Assembly: GCA_045602215.1 (NCBI GenBank)
Contig: JAZSBE010000072.1
Location: forward strand, 1,390-65,389
From: Eubacteriales bacterium
GTDB lineage: Bacteria > Bacillota > Clostridia > Oscillospirales > CAG-272
DNA length: 64,000 nt
Direction: 5' to 3'
Below, piece by piece: positions 1 to 8,603 of this stretch. Numbering within the stretch: position 1 is the first letter of the stretch; every line of letters starts with the position of its first letter. The notes under the pieces are model-generated. The model searched no databases, was not told the origin of the DNA, and saw only the letters and a program-made list of their open reading frames with translations. The position numbers and the translations under genes were made by a program.

Positions 1-239
1 TCCTCAAAAAGCTCTTCGGGGAGTTCTCCGTCAAGATTCATAAAATCGTCGTGGGTAAACCGAACGCCCAATTTCATTGACTTTCGAATGAGCTGTGACT
101 TTATTTTTTCATCGTCTATGTTAAGGCAAACGTCAACAACTTCCTCTCCGTTTCCAATATCCTCAAGCGATGAAATTCTTGTTTTCATCGTAGATTCCGA
201 CCAATCGGAGTATCGATCATAGAAATCATCCCACGTCAT
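1..239 (-). CDS. hypothetical protein, C-terminal part outside window
   Basis: Reverse-strand ATG at 239 opens frame MTWDDFYDRYSDWSESTMKTRISSLEDIGNGEEVV... that stays open to position 1. It is absent from the ORF track because it has no stop in the window. No family recognised. Confidence 0.4.
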   Translation of the reverse strand, partial: MTWDDFYDRYSDWSESTMKTRISSLEDIGNGEEVVDVCLNIDDEKIKSQLIRKSMKLGVRFTHDDFMNLDGELPEELFE

Positions 240-280
240 AAAAATCCCCCTTTCTAAAGCATTCTTGTACTACCGAATCA

Positions 281-766
281 TCACAAATGAGATAAAAACT
301 CATCCGCTTGTTCTCTGCTTCTCAAAATGACAATGTTTTTATCGTTGTATTTTTCGAGCCGTTCCATCACCTTTGGCTTTTGCTGCTCGTTGTACTTTTT
401 TATAAACTCGATGAATTCCTCGTCTTCCTCGGTTTCAATCCACGGCATATCGCTTCGCGGTTTTCCGCGTCGCTCATTGATTCCGTCAAGGCAAACCTCA
501 AGCGGATAGTCGAGAAAAATCACCGTATCGCACGCCGCCATTCGCAGCTCCATCGTCGAGCCGTAATTGCCGTCGATGATCCACTCGTCTTTTTCGAGTA
601 CGGCGGACAGGCGTTCAAGGAACACACTCTTTTCCACCGTGGTCTTGTCCGCATTCCAATACATCATATCGAGATGATACAGCGGAATGCCCGTCTTGTT
701 ATGCAACGCTCGCGAAAGTCTGCTTTTGCCACTTCCGGGACAGCCGATGACTATAATTCTTTGCAT
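281..766 (-). CDS. small P-loop NTPase, adenylate-kinase-like / topology-modulation (FlaR-like) family
   Basis: 161 aa. Walker A GCPGSGKS at residues 8-15 and a hydrophobic strand ending in D (WIIDGNY). Size is typical of stand-alone AK-like kinases. Confidence 0.75.
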   Translation of the reverse strand: MQRIIVIGCPGSGKSRLSRALHNKTGIPLYHLDMMYWNADKTTVEKSVFLERLSAVLEKDEWIIDGNYGSTMELRMAACDTVIFLDYPLEVCLDGINERRGKPRSDMPWIETEEDEEFIEFIKKYNEQQKPKVMERLEKYNDKNIVILRSREQADEFLSHL

Positions 767-776
767 TTTGAGGATT

Positions 777-1169
777 TTAGCACTCGATCACAACGGGCGC
801 GCCGCCGAAGGAACTGATGGTCGCCGTTGCATTCTGCATATAGAGCACCTGCGTGTTGCCGTCGTTCTCGTTGTACATACCGCGAAGGGGGGGATAGGCG
901 TCGAGCATAGATTTTCTCGCTTCAAAACGATCGTCCTCGACGAGCTCGCACGCTACGCGAATCCACGCGCCGTCCGTGAATGCGCAGATCTCCGCCTTGG
1001 GATTTGCCGCAAGCTGCTTCGAGGTGGGCTTGACCTTGCCCGTCTGCACGTAGAGCTTGCCCTCAAACTCGTTGATCGTGCCGAAGGGGCGCACTCTCGG
1101 CTGATCGCCCTCAACGGTTGCCAGATAATATACCTCTGCTTTTTTCAAAAAATCAAGTACTCTTTTCAT
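777..1169 (-). CDS. pyridoxamine 5'-phosphate oxidase-like FMN-binding split-barrel protein
   Basis: 130 aa. N-terminal YYLATVEGDQPRVRPFG pattern and length typical of the PNPOx-like family. 10-nt gap to the next gene. Confidence 0.65.
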   Translation of the reverse strand: MKRVLDFLKKAEVYYLATVEGDQPRVRPFGTINEFEGKLYVQTGKVKPTSKQLAANPKAEICAFTDGAWIRVACELVEDDRFEARKSMLDAYPPLRGMYNENDGNTQVLYMQNATATISSFGGAPVVIEC

Positions 1170-1204
1170 GTTGTTCTCCCTTTGGTTTCATTCCTAAAAT
1201 TCAA

Positions 1205-2002
1205 TCATTTCATCAAAAACGCATATACCCTTCTGTTAAAATCCTTTGCTTCTTCGTATGCGGCATGACCGTATTCGGGGTACATATAGATTTCGCAATT
1301 CATTTTTTCGGCGATTTCAAGGGAGCCTTCTCCCGTGGTGATCTGATCCTGCGCCCCGCCCAAGACGAGTACGGGACACCGAATTTCATGCAATCTGTCA
1401 TAGCAATCAAACTCCAAAATCGCCGATGCAAGCGTCGCAAATCTGTCAAAGTCACGAGGCTTGATCATTCTGACGAGAAGCGGCATCAACAGCTTGTATT
1501 TCTTCAAATATTGCTCTGTATACATCAAGGAGAAGGTTTCCCGATTGATGGTAACGGCATCCTTTTTTTTCGCGCAGTCTATCCAGCGACCTACGACCTT
1601 TTTGATGGTTTCGTTTGCTCTTGAGGACGTAACACCAAGAACCAATTTACGCACGCGGTCGGGATGTTCCAGCGTGAGCGCCAGCGCAATCATTCCGCCT
1701 TGGGACACGCCGAACACGTCTGCCGAATCCATATTCAGCGCATTCATCGCGTGGTAAAGATCCTCTGCCAAATCCCAGTTGGTCAGCCCGTTCGTGACAA
1801 CCGCTCTTCTATCAAAAAACCACACTCTGTAGTCCTTTGAAAAGAGCTTGTACATCAGCGCAAGAGATGCCCCCGCACCTTTCAGATCCCTTACATTCAA
1901 TCCTTGAATGATGATCAAATTCTTTTGCCCTTTTCCGAAAGAAAGATAGTTCAAGTCCCCGCTCGGTATCTTGACACTCCCCTCGACCAATCTCCAAAAC
2001 AT
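1205..2002 (-). CDS. alpha/beta hydrolase
   Basis: 265 aa. Nucleophile elbow GVSQGG (GxSxG), C-terminal EYGHAAY (catalytic His region), HG-like oxyanion region near the N-terminus. Confidence 0.8.
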   Translation of the reverse strand: MFWRLVEGSVKIPSGDLNYLSFGKGQKNLIIIQGLNVRDLKGAGASLALMYKLFSKDYRVWFFDRRAVVTNGLTNWDLAEDLYHAMNALNMDSADVFGVSQGGMIALALTLEHPDRVRKLVLGVTSSRANETIKKVVGRWIDCAKKKDAVTINRETFSLMYTEQYLKKYKLLMPLLVRMIKPRDFDRFATLASAILEFDCYDRLHEIRCPVLVLGGAQDQITTGEGSLEIAEKMNCEIYMYPEYGHAAYEEAKDFNRRVYAFLMK

Positions 2003-2060
2003 CTTGTATCCCTCGTCAAATTCTTATTTGTTCATTCCATCGACAGTTTCGCAGAGATTC

Positions 2061-2636
2061 TTAGTCCATCTCCTCAAGGTGAAAATCTTTCTGCAACATA
2101 AAATAACGCTTTCTCCCGCGCGATCTGCTATTAGAGAGAATCTCCTCTATTTGACGGGAATACACGATCTCCCTTTTCAGCATCTCAACAAATGTTGTAG
2201 CCTCTTTCTCAGAAGGAATGTAATCAACAAAACTGAAAAGGAAATCAAAGTTTGTTCCGTGTCGAAACAGTCTGCCCGGCAAAGGGTAGGTTTCTCTTGC
2301 CCCAAGCATAATACCGTATCTGACAAAAGGAATCACGTTTTTATGATACATCGCTTTATGGCTGTATGTAATGGCATCGTGCGTAGTCACCGTTCCAACC
2401 TTGGATTCAATAATAATACGCGGAATAATTTTCTTGTCTACCTTCTCATAAACAACCATATCGGTTTCAAAGGATGTTTCATCGAAGCCCTCAGCATCCA
2501 CTCCCCATTCTTCATCAAACGAAGAAATTTCAAATGCGTATGGAATCTTTTTTAACACATCAATATAAATGTTGTCTCCCAAGCCCTGTTTCTGTAATAG
2601 TTCGCAAATGCTCTTTGTCCAATCGTTTTCTTTCAT
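2061..2636 (-). CDS. hypothetical protein with PD-(D/E)XK nuclease-like motif
   Basis: 191 aa. ETDMVVYE ... PRIIIESKVG gives a D-x(17)-E-x-K arrangement on predicted beta strands after an N-terminal helix. No other family recognised. Confidence 0.5.
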   Translation of the reverse strand: MKENDWTKSICELLQKQGLGDNIYIDVLKKIPYAFEISSFDEEWGVDAEGFDETSFETDMVVYEKVDKKIIPRIIIESKVGTVTTHDAITYSHKAMYHKNVIPFVRYGIMLGARETYPLPGRLFRHGTNFDFLFSFVDYIPSEKEATTFVEMLKREIVYSRQIEEILSNSRSRGRKRYFMLQKDFHLEEMD

Positions 2637-2663
2637 ATTCTTACTCCAAAACTGAATTTTTCT

Positions 2664-3413
2664 TTACGGCTCATAATCCTTTATAATTTCCATCACATCG
2701 CGCTCATACACGTTGCTGCCGAGAACGTCGCCGTTTGGCTCAAACGACACACAACGCATGTCGCGCGGATCTTCCGCGTACGGATTTTCGGGATGCTCGT
2801 CCGTGAAATACTCCGTGAGGTATTTGAGCGCGTTTCCTTCGGGGAAAATCACGTTCCCCTCTCCCACGGGAATGTCCAAATCGGCAAAGCTGGCGAGAAT
2901 CTCTCTCGTTTTTCTGTTGTACGGATTGTCATGCGTCGTGCTCACAAGCCACGCCGGCGAGAGGCGAATCGGTATGCCGCACTTCTTTGCTTCTATCGCA
3001 AACAGCTTCACCACGTTAAGCGGAATCGTTTCCTGATGGAACGCATCCACCGACAATAGCAGATCATTCACGCCGCACGCAGCAAGTCGCTGTGCGACCT
3101 CGCGAATTTTCTCGGCGTTCTTTGAAAAATAGCCGTTGGTAATGACCTGCCGCTTGGGGATATTCAATTCCTTTGCGGTTATCATAATCGCATAGACCGC
3201 ATCCGTGTAAAAAAGCGGCTCACCACCGAACGTCATCACGGTTTTGATGTCGTACGCCGCCGCGATCTTCCGCACCGCATCGGCGGCAATCTGCGGATCG
3301 ATCCGCTCACCGCAAGAGGCGTGATCGCCCTCGGAACAGTGTTTGCACCGCCCCGTACAGGCATAGGTCACGACAAATTCGATTTTGTTCAGATTTTTGA
3401 GATATCGGTTCAT
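2664..3413 (-). CDS. radical SAM domain protein
   Basis: 249 aa. CTGRCKHC (CX3CX2C) at residues 19-26, followed by a GGEPL motif. Confidence 0.8.
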   Translation of the reverse strand: MNRYLKNLNKIEFVVTYACTGRCKHCSEGDHASCGERIDPQIAADAVRKIAAAYDIKTVMTFGGEPLFYTDAVYAIMITAKELNIPKRQVITNGYFSKNAEKIREVAQRLAACGVNDLLLSVDAFHQETIPLNVVKLFAIEAKKCGIPIRLSPAWLVSTTHDNPYNRKTREILASFADLDIPVGEGNVIFPEGNALKYLTEYFTDEHPENPYAEDPRDMRCVSFEPNGDVLGSNVYERDVMEIIKDYEP

Positions 3414-3444
3414 ATTTTACTTAACGCAAGCGCAATCGCACGGT

Positions 3445-4440
3445 TCAAAGCACGATTTTATCAATCGCCGCCAGCTCTTCTTCGGTGAAGGGGGCAGCAT
3501 TCATTGCGCCGAGATTGTCGAGGATCTGCAAGGGCTTCGATGCTCCGACAAGCACGCTCGTCACCTCTTCGCGGCGCAAAACCCAAGCGAGCGCCATTTG
3601 GGCCAAAGACTCGCCTCTCTCCTTTGCCAGCGCATTCAAGGCGCGAATCTGCTCCAGCTTTTCCTCGGTCAAGCTTGTTTCCTTGAGGAAAAATCCGCTC
3701 GTGCGGATACGGCTGTCGGCGGGGATTCCGTGGAGATAGCGATCGGTCAGAAGCCCCTGCTCCAGCGGGCTGAACACGATCACGCCCTTCTTCTCCTCCC
3801 TTGCCGCGTCCAAAAGGCCGTTCTCTTCTACCCTGCGGTCGAAAATCGAGTAACGGTTTTGGTTAATGACAAAGGGACAGCGCAAATCGCGAAGGATCGC
3901 CGCCGCGCGCGCCATAGTTTCGCCGTCATAGTTTGAAAGCCCTACGTAAAGCGCCTTTCCGCTCTTGACGGCGTGATCAAGTGCGCCCATAGTTTCCTCA
4001 AGGGGTGTGTTGGGGTCGGGGCGGTGATGGTAAAAGATATCCACGTAGTCTAGCCCCAAACGCTTAAGGCTTGCATCCAGACTTGCAAGCAGGTATTTTC
4101 TGCTGCCAAAATCACCGTACGGGCCCTCCCACATGGTATAGCCCGCCTTGGTGCTGACGATCATTTCATCACGGTATGCACGCAGATCGTCCCGGAGTAT
4201 TTTGCCGAAATTTGCTTCGGCACTTCCCCCAACGGGTCTGCCATAATTGTTGGCAATATCAAAATGCGTGATCCCGTTATCAAAAGCGGTAAAGCACATT
4301 TCTCTCATATTTTCGAAATTGTCATTCGCACCGAAATTGTGCCAAAGTCCGAGCGACACGGTAGGCAATTTCAGCCCGCTTTCTCCGCATTTGTTGTATT
4401 TCATATCGCTATATCTTGCTTTGGATGCCGTGTATGCCAT
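3445..4440 (-). CDS. aldo/keto reductase (YghZ/Tas-like)
   Basis: Motifs GLWHNFG, FDIANNYG, GLSNY. Start moved from the ORF-track 4473 to the ATG at 4440, which has AAGGAGAAGG 4 nt upstream. TTGAAA-17-TATAAT lies upstream. Confidence 0.85.
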   Translation of the reverse strand: MAYTASKARYSDMKYNKCGESGLKLPTVSLGLWHNFGANDNFENMREMCFTAFDNGITHFDIANNYGRPVGGSAEANFGKILRDDLRAYRDEMIVSTKAGYTMWEGPYGDFGSRKYLLASLDASLKRLGLDYVDIFYHHRPDPNTPLEETMGALDHAVKSGKALYVGLSNYDGETMARAAAILRDLRCPFVINQNRYSIFDRRVEENGLLDAAREEKKGVIVFSPLEQGLLTDRYLHGIPADSRIRTSGFFLKETSLTEEKLEQIRALNALAKERGESLAQMALAWVLRREEVTSVLVGASKPLQILDNLGAMNAAPFTEEELAAIDKIVL

Positions 4441-4562
4441 ACGCCTTCTCCTTTGTTTTCCCTTATTCAACAACTACATTATACCACATCTTCGAGCTTA
4501 TTTCAACCCAATGCAACTTACTTTTTCCCGATGAAATTTCGCCCCTTCCGCTCCAAGAAAAA

Positions 4563-4591
4563 AGCCTTGAAAACGTTGCGTTTTCAAGGCT
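4563..4591. terminator. bidirectional Rho-independent terminator
   Basis: Perfect 13-bp stem AGCCTTGAAAACG / CGTTTTCAAGGCT with a 3-nt loop, an A-run on the left and a T-run on the right. Sits 35 nt after the AcnX small-subunit stop. Confidence 0.75.
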
Positions 4592-4625
4592 TTTTGATTA
4601 AGCTTCAATATTTTTGGGGGATTTC

Positions 4626-5069
4626 TTACTCGACTTCAACGATACCGTCGGCCTTCACCGTGATCTTCATGCCATCCTTTACGTAGGCTAAAAACTCATC
4701 GCCAAGGGAATCCACGACGGGCATGGATACGCCGTCCACCCAAACGTCAGCCAATACTGCGCCTGCGGCGGCGAGGGAGTCGATATGATTGGCAAACAGC
4801 ATACAAGCGGGATTCTTCTCCATCGCGCACGCGCAATAAAGTACGAGGCCTCCCGTGGTCGAGCCGATGGTCTGCGGCAGGCAGAGCGCCTTACCGAGCA
4901 TGGACTTTCCGTAGAGCTCCTTGTTGCTCTGATCTCCGCATTTTACTTCCTTATCACCAAACTGCAACGCCATCTGGAAGGAGGCGAGCGTGTTGAAGCC
5001 CTCCTTGGTAACGACCGCCTCGGCAGTCACCTCACCGGGAGTTACAACTCTTCCTTTGAACTGTTTCAT
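4626..5069 (-). CDS. aconitase X swivel-domain protein (DUF126, AcnX small subunit)
   Basis: 147 aa. GKALCLPQTIGSTTGGLVL and ACMLFANHIDSLAAAGAVLA match the DUF126 pattern. 4-nt overlap with the upstream DUF521 gene. Confidence 0.8.
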   Translation of the reverse strand: MKQFKGRVVTPGEVTAEAVVTKEGFNTLASFQMALQFGDKEVKCGDQSNKELYGKSMLGKALCLPQTIGSTTGGLVLYCACAMEKNPACMLFANHIDSLAAAGAVLADVWVDGVSMPVVDSLGDEFLAYVKDGMKITVKADGIVEVE

Positions 5070-6343
5070 GAAATCTTACCTCCCGTAATGGTTTTGAGAA
5101 TTTCCGCATCGGTGTAGTATCTTGCGCTCGTATAAGTGCGGAGCTTATTGGAGGACGTGATCACGGGCATCTTCTTGCAAAGCGGATTGTTCATGTACAT
5201 CAAAGGACAGATATACGAGGTGATGACCCCCGTTGCCTTCAGTCTTGCCGCGTACTCGGTTTTCTCAAACGCCTCCAGAACGGCGGGAGCGGCGGTGAAT
5301 ACCGTCTTCATAACGATCTTCTTTTTGCCGTTTGCCTTCAGTTCGTTCTCGATCTTCACCGTCCAATCCTTGAGCTGCTCCAGCGACAGATGCGGGCAAC
5401 CGACAAAGCACAGCTTGGGCGTAGCATCGGGATTCTTCCAGATGACGGGATAGTTGTTCTTGACCCGTTCGAGCTCGGCGTCGTCAATGATATATTCCTT
5501 TGCGCCCTCGGCAATCAGGCTCTCACCAAGCTCCACCGCCCCGGGAGTAAGATTTGCAATATGGTAAAGACCGACCGCGCCGTTGGAGGCGGTAGCCGCG
5601 CCAAAATCCTTGAGATAAGCACAAGCCGCATCGTCAAGCTCGTTTCCAAGCCACGTGTCAAGTCCGACCACGTAAGGAACGTCCTCCATAACCTTCATAC
5701 CGATGGCAGAGCCGAGGAGCTGTGCCTCGGGCTTCTTGGTCGTCTGAATCTTGACCACCCAGGTCGCACGTCTGCCCTCGTCGGTAAGAAGTCCAAAATA
5801 AGGAACGTAGCCCACGATCGAGCCCATAATATCAATGATGCCCGAGTTACGGTTACATCTCGCGCCAAGCACCGAGTTGGCGTAAACGACCGCGCTCGAT
5901 TCCGCCCAGGAGAGCACGTCGCCCTTCTTCGGCTTGTTGCCAACCTCGTCCAGATAGCAGGTACAGGTAAAGGCGTTCTGATCCATCAGACCGAGCTTTT
6001 CGAGCTGTCCTTCATAGAAATCCTGCTTGGTGTACATAAACTTGTTGAACACAAGGTTCTGCAAAATGTTTGCAGGAACGTTCTTGTCGATCGGACGGGG
6101 GTCCACCGAGAACTTCTGCGCAGAAGAGACGCCGGCGTCAAGAAGCTGCTGCATCAGGTCATACACGGGAGACATGACCTTGAGTCCAAAGGAGGTGACG
6201 AGGTGATTGTAGGTTGACGTGATGGGGACGAGCTTTTCCGCCTCAAACGCGTCGCCGTACATGACGAGCGTTTTCATGACCTTTGCAAGCGTTTCGCCCT
6301 GCGCGCCGTCAAGGATCGCTTGCTGTTCTTTTGTAAGTATCAT
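5066..6343 (-). CDS. aconitase X catalytic-domain protein (DUF521, AcnX large subunit)
   Basis: 425 aa. N-terminus MILTKEQQAILDGAQGETLAKVMKTLVMYGDAF is typical of DUF521. Translationally coupled to the DUF126 gene. Confidence 0.8.
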   Translation of the reverse strand: MILTKEQQAILDGAQGETLAKVMKTLVMYGDAFEAEKLVPITSTYNHLVTSFGLKVMSPVYDLMQQLLDAGVSSAQKFSVDPRPIDKNVPANILQNLVFNKFMYTKQDFYEGQLEKLGLMDQNAFTCTCYLDEVGNKPKKGDVLSWAESSAVVYANSVLGARCNRNSGIIDIMGSIVGYVPYFGLLTDEGRRATWVVKIQTTKKPEAQLLGSAIGMKVMEDVPYVVGLDTWLGNELDDAACAYLKDFGAATASNGAVGLYHIANLTPGAVELGESLIAEGAKEYIIDDAELERVKNNYPVIWKNPDATPKLCFVGCPHLSLEQLKDWTVKIENELKANGKKKIVMKTVFTAAPAVLEAFEKTEYAARLKATGVITSYICPLMYMNNPLCKKMPVITSSNKLRTYTSARYYTDAEILKTITGGKIS

Positions 6344-6365
6344 AATTCTTTCTCCTATAAAATGA

Positions 6366-8435
6366 TCAAAGCTTCATTGCAACGTTCCACGCGCCCCAGA
6401 TGACGGTGCGGAGGTTTCCAACCTTTGCGGCATCACCGATGACGTGGATATGTCTGCTCTTGGGAGCGAGGGGGGCGGGATTGTATCCGACAGAGAGGAT
6501 CACCGAATCGGCATTGACCGCAAAGGTCTTTCCCTCCTTGTCTTTGAGCACCACGCCCTCACCGTTGATCTCGGAAAGCGAGGTCTCAAGATATACGGGG
6601 ACGTTGTTGGTCTTAAAGAAATCACGGAGATAACTGGTGTTTGCAAGACAGATTCCGGGAGTCGTGATCAGGTCGTCCTGCATTTCCACCACCACGGGCT
6701 TCTTGCCGTTGAGATACAAATCGTAAGCGATCTCACATCCGGTCAGTCCGCCGCCGATCACGACGACGTTCTCGCCTACCGTCTTGTTGCCAAGCAGATA
6801 ATCGACCGCCTCAACGGCACCTTCCGCGCCCTTCACGGGGATTCTCTTTGCCACGGCACCGGTCGCCACGATGACCTCGTCTGCGTCAAGCTCCTTGACG
6901 TCCTTGATCTCGGTATTCATCTTTACGACGATGGGATGCTTGGAAAGCTCGCGGATATACCAAGCGATGAGCGCGCGGTCCTTTTCCTTGAAGGAGGGGG
7001 CTGCTGCGGCAATAAACACACCGCCGAGCTTGTCGCTCCTTTCGTAGAGCGTGACCTCGTGTCCGCGCTTTGCGCAAACGATTGCGGCTTCCATACCGCC
7101 GATACCGCCGCCGATGACTGCGATCTTCTTCTTTTTCTTTGCAGGCTCGATGTAATACTTCTTGGACTGCATGGTCTCGGGATTGAGCGCGCAACGCGCA
7201 AGTCCCATCGTGTCGGTAAGATCCTGCGTATTGGCGTGTCCCTTGGAGGAGGAGAAGTTGAAGCAACCGCTGTGACAGCAGATGCAAGGCTTGATGTCCT
7301 CCAGTCTGTCCTCGATCAGCTTGGTCACCCATTCGGGGTCAGTCAGGAACTGACGCGCAACGCCAATGGCGTCGATTCTGCCCTCGGCAACTGCCTGCGC
7401 GCCGATCTCGGGATCCATTCTTCCTGCACATACCACAGGGATATCCACGAACTTCTTGATGTGCGCTACGTCGTCGAGATTGCAGTTTTCAGGCATATAC
7501 ATCGGCGGATGCGCCCAATACCAGGAGTCGTAGGTTCCGTTATCAGCGTTGAGCATATCGTATCCCGCGTCCTGCAGGTATTTTGCAGCCTTTTCGGATT
7601 CCTCCATATTTCTGCCCACCTCGGTATAGTCCTCGCCGGGCATCGCGCCCTCGCAGAAGCCCTTCATCTTGGATTCAACCGAGTAACGCAGAGAAACGGG
7701 GTAATCCTCGCCGCAGGTCTCCTTGATCGCCTTTACGACCTCTGCGGCAAAGCGGTAACGGTTTTCAAAGCTTCCGCCGTAATCGTCGGTACGCTTATTG
7801 AAGAACTCAATGGCAAATTGGTCAAGGAGATATCCTTCGTGAACGGCGTGAACCTCAACGCCGTCAACGCCCGCATCCTTACAAAGCTTTGCCGTCTTTG
7901 CAAACGCCTCGATGATCTCGTGGATCTGCTCGACCGTCATTTCGGGGCACTCGATGTCGTGCGCCCATCTCGACGGCTGGGGAGAAGGAGAGGCAAGCTC
8001 ATGGCTGGTATCAATGATCGGCTTTACGAGCGCTCTGGTAAACTTATTCTTGTGCAGGGGAGCGACGAGCTCGGTGATCGCCCAAGAGCGTCCCATACCT
8101 GCCGTCAGCTGAACAAAGAGCTTGGCTCCCGTCTTATGGATCTCGTCCATGAAGACCTTCAGCTCGCGGAACATCTTCGGATTTTGCCAGAGCCACTTGC
8201 CCCAGAAGGTATCACGCAGAGGCGCGATTCCGGGGATAATCAGTCCTACGTTGTTGTTTGCTCGCTCAAGGAACAGCTTTGCCGCCTCCTTGTCAAAGCC
8301 GCAGCCCGTAAGCTCAAACCAACCGAACAGCGACGTGCCGCCCATAGGGCACATGACGATCCTGTTTTTGATCTCCACGTTGCCGATCTTCCAAGGCGTA
8401 AACAACGCCTCGTATTTTTCATTCATCTGGTTCAT
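6366..8435 (-). CDS. OYE-like NADH:flavin oxidoreductase fused to FAD/NAD(P)-binding domain (2-enoate / 2,4-dienoyl-CoA reductase family)
   Basis: IVMCPMGG TIM-barrel start, Fe-S motif CICCHSGC...C, two Rossmann motifs VIGGGIGGMEAA and VIGGGLTGCE. Start moved to the ATG at 8435 (AGGAAG RBS) instead of 8492. Confidence 0.85.
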   Translation of the reverse strand: MNQMNEKYEALFTPWKIGNVEIKNRIVMCPMGGTSLFGWFELTGCGFDKEAAKLFLERANNNVGLIIPGIAPLRDTFWGKWLWQNPKMFRELKVFMDEIHKTGAKLFVQLTAGMGRSWAITELVAPLHKNKFTRALVKPIIDTSHELASPSPQPSRWAHDIECPEMTVEQIHEIIEAFAKTAKLCKDAGVDGVEVHAVHEGYLLDQFAIEFFNKRTDDYGGSFENRYRFAAEVVKAIKETCGEDYPVSLRYSVESKMKGFCEGAMPGEDYTEVGRNMEESEKAAKYLQDAGYDMLNADNGTYDSWYWAHPPMYMPENCNLDDVAHIKKFVDIPVVCAGRMDPEIGAQAVAEGRIDAIGVARQFLTDPEWVTKLIEDRLEDIKPCICCHSGCFNFSSSKGHANTQDLTDTMGLARCALNPETMQSKKYYIEPAKKKKKIAVIGGGIGGMEAAIVCAKRGHEVTLYERSDKLGGVFIAAAAPSFKEKDRALIAWYIRELSKHPIVVKMNTEIKDVKELDADEVIVATGAVAKRIPVKGAEGAVEAVDYLLGNKTVGENVVVIGGGLTGCEIAYDLYLNGKKPVVVEMQDDLITTPGICLANTSYLRDFFKTNNVPVYLETSLSEINGEGVVLKDKEGKTFAVNADSVILSVGYNPAPLAPKSRHIHVIGDAAKVGNLRTVIWGAWNVAMKL

Positions 8436-8495
8436 GAGAGTTCTTCCTTTCACGATTTTATATTTGTTTGAATGTATTTTCTTTTTATACAATGA

Positions 8496-8536
8496 CCCCC
8501 TTGATATGACATCTTGGCTTTACCACATCAAGGGGG
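8496..8536 (-). terminator. GC-rich hairpin downstream of lipoprotein gene (probable terminator)
   Basis: 10-bp stem CCCCCTTGAT / ATCAAGGGGG. A second small hairpin GTCCG..CGGAC lies at 8542-8558. The U-tract is weak. Confidence 0.45.
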
Positions 8537-8603
8537 CTATTGTCCGAGCTGAACGGACACATTCATCTGAAAACGTGGCATCCGCTCACGCCGCTTTGCT
8601 TTT

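Noticed and set aside
6444-8471. 675-aa plus-strand ORF opposite the OYE-like reductase gene; also 5390-6217 (+) opposite AcnX and 8643-9752 (+) opposite the 419-aa lipoprotein
   Set aside because: These are shadow ORFs. The opposite frames carry Rossmann, Fe-S, DUF521 or lipobox features, while these frames have none and are Arg/Gly/His-rich.
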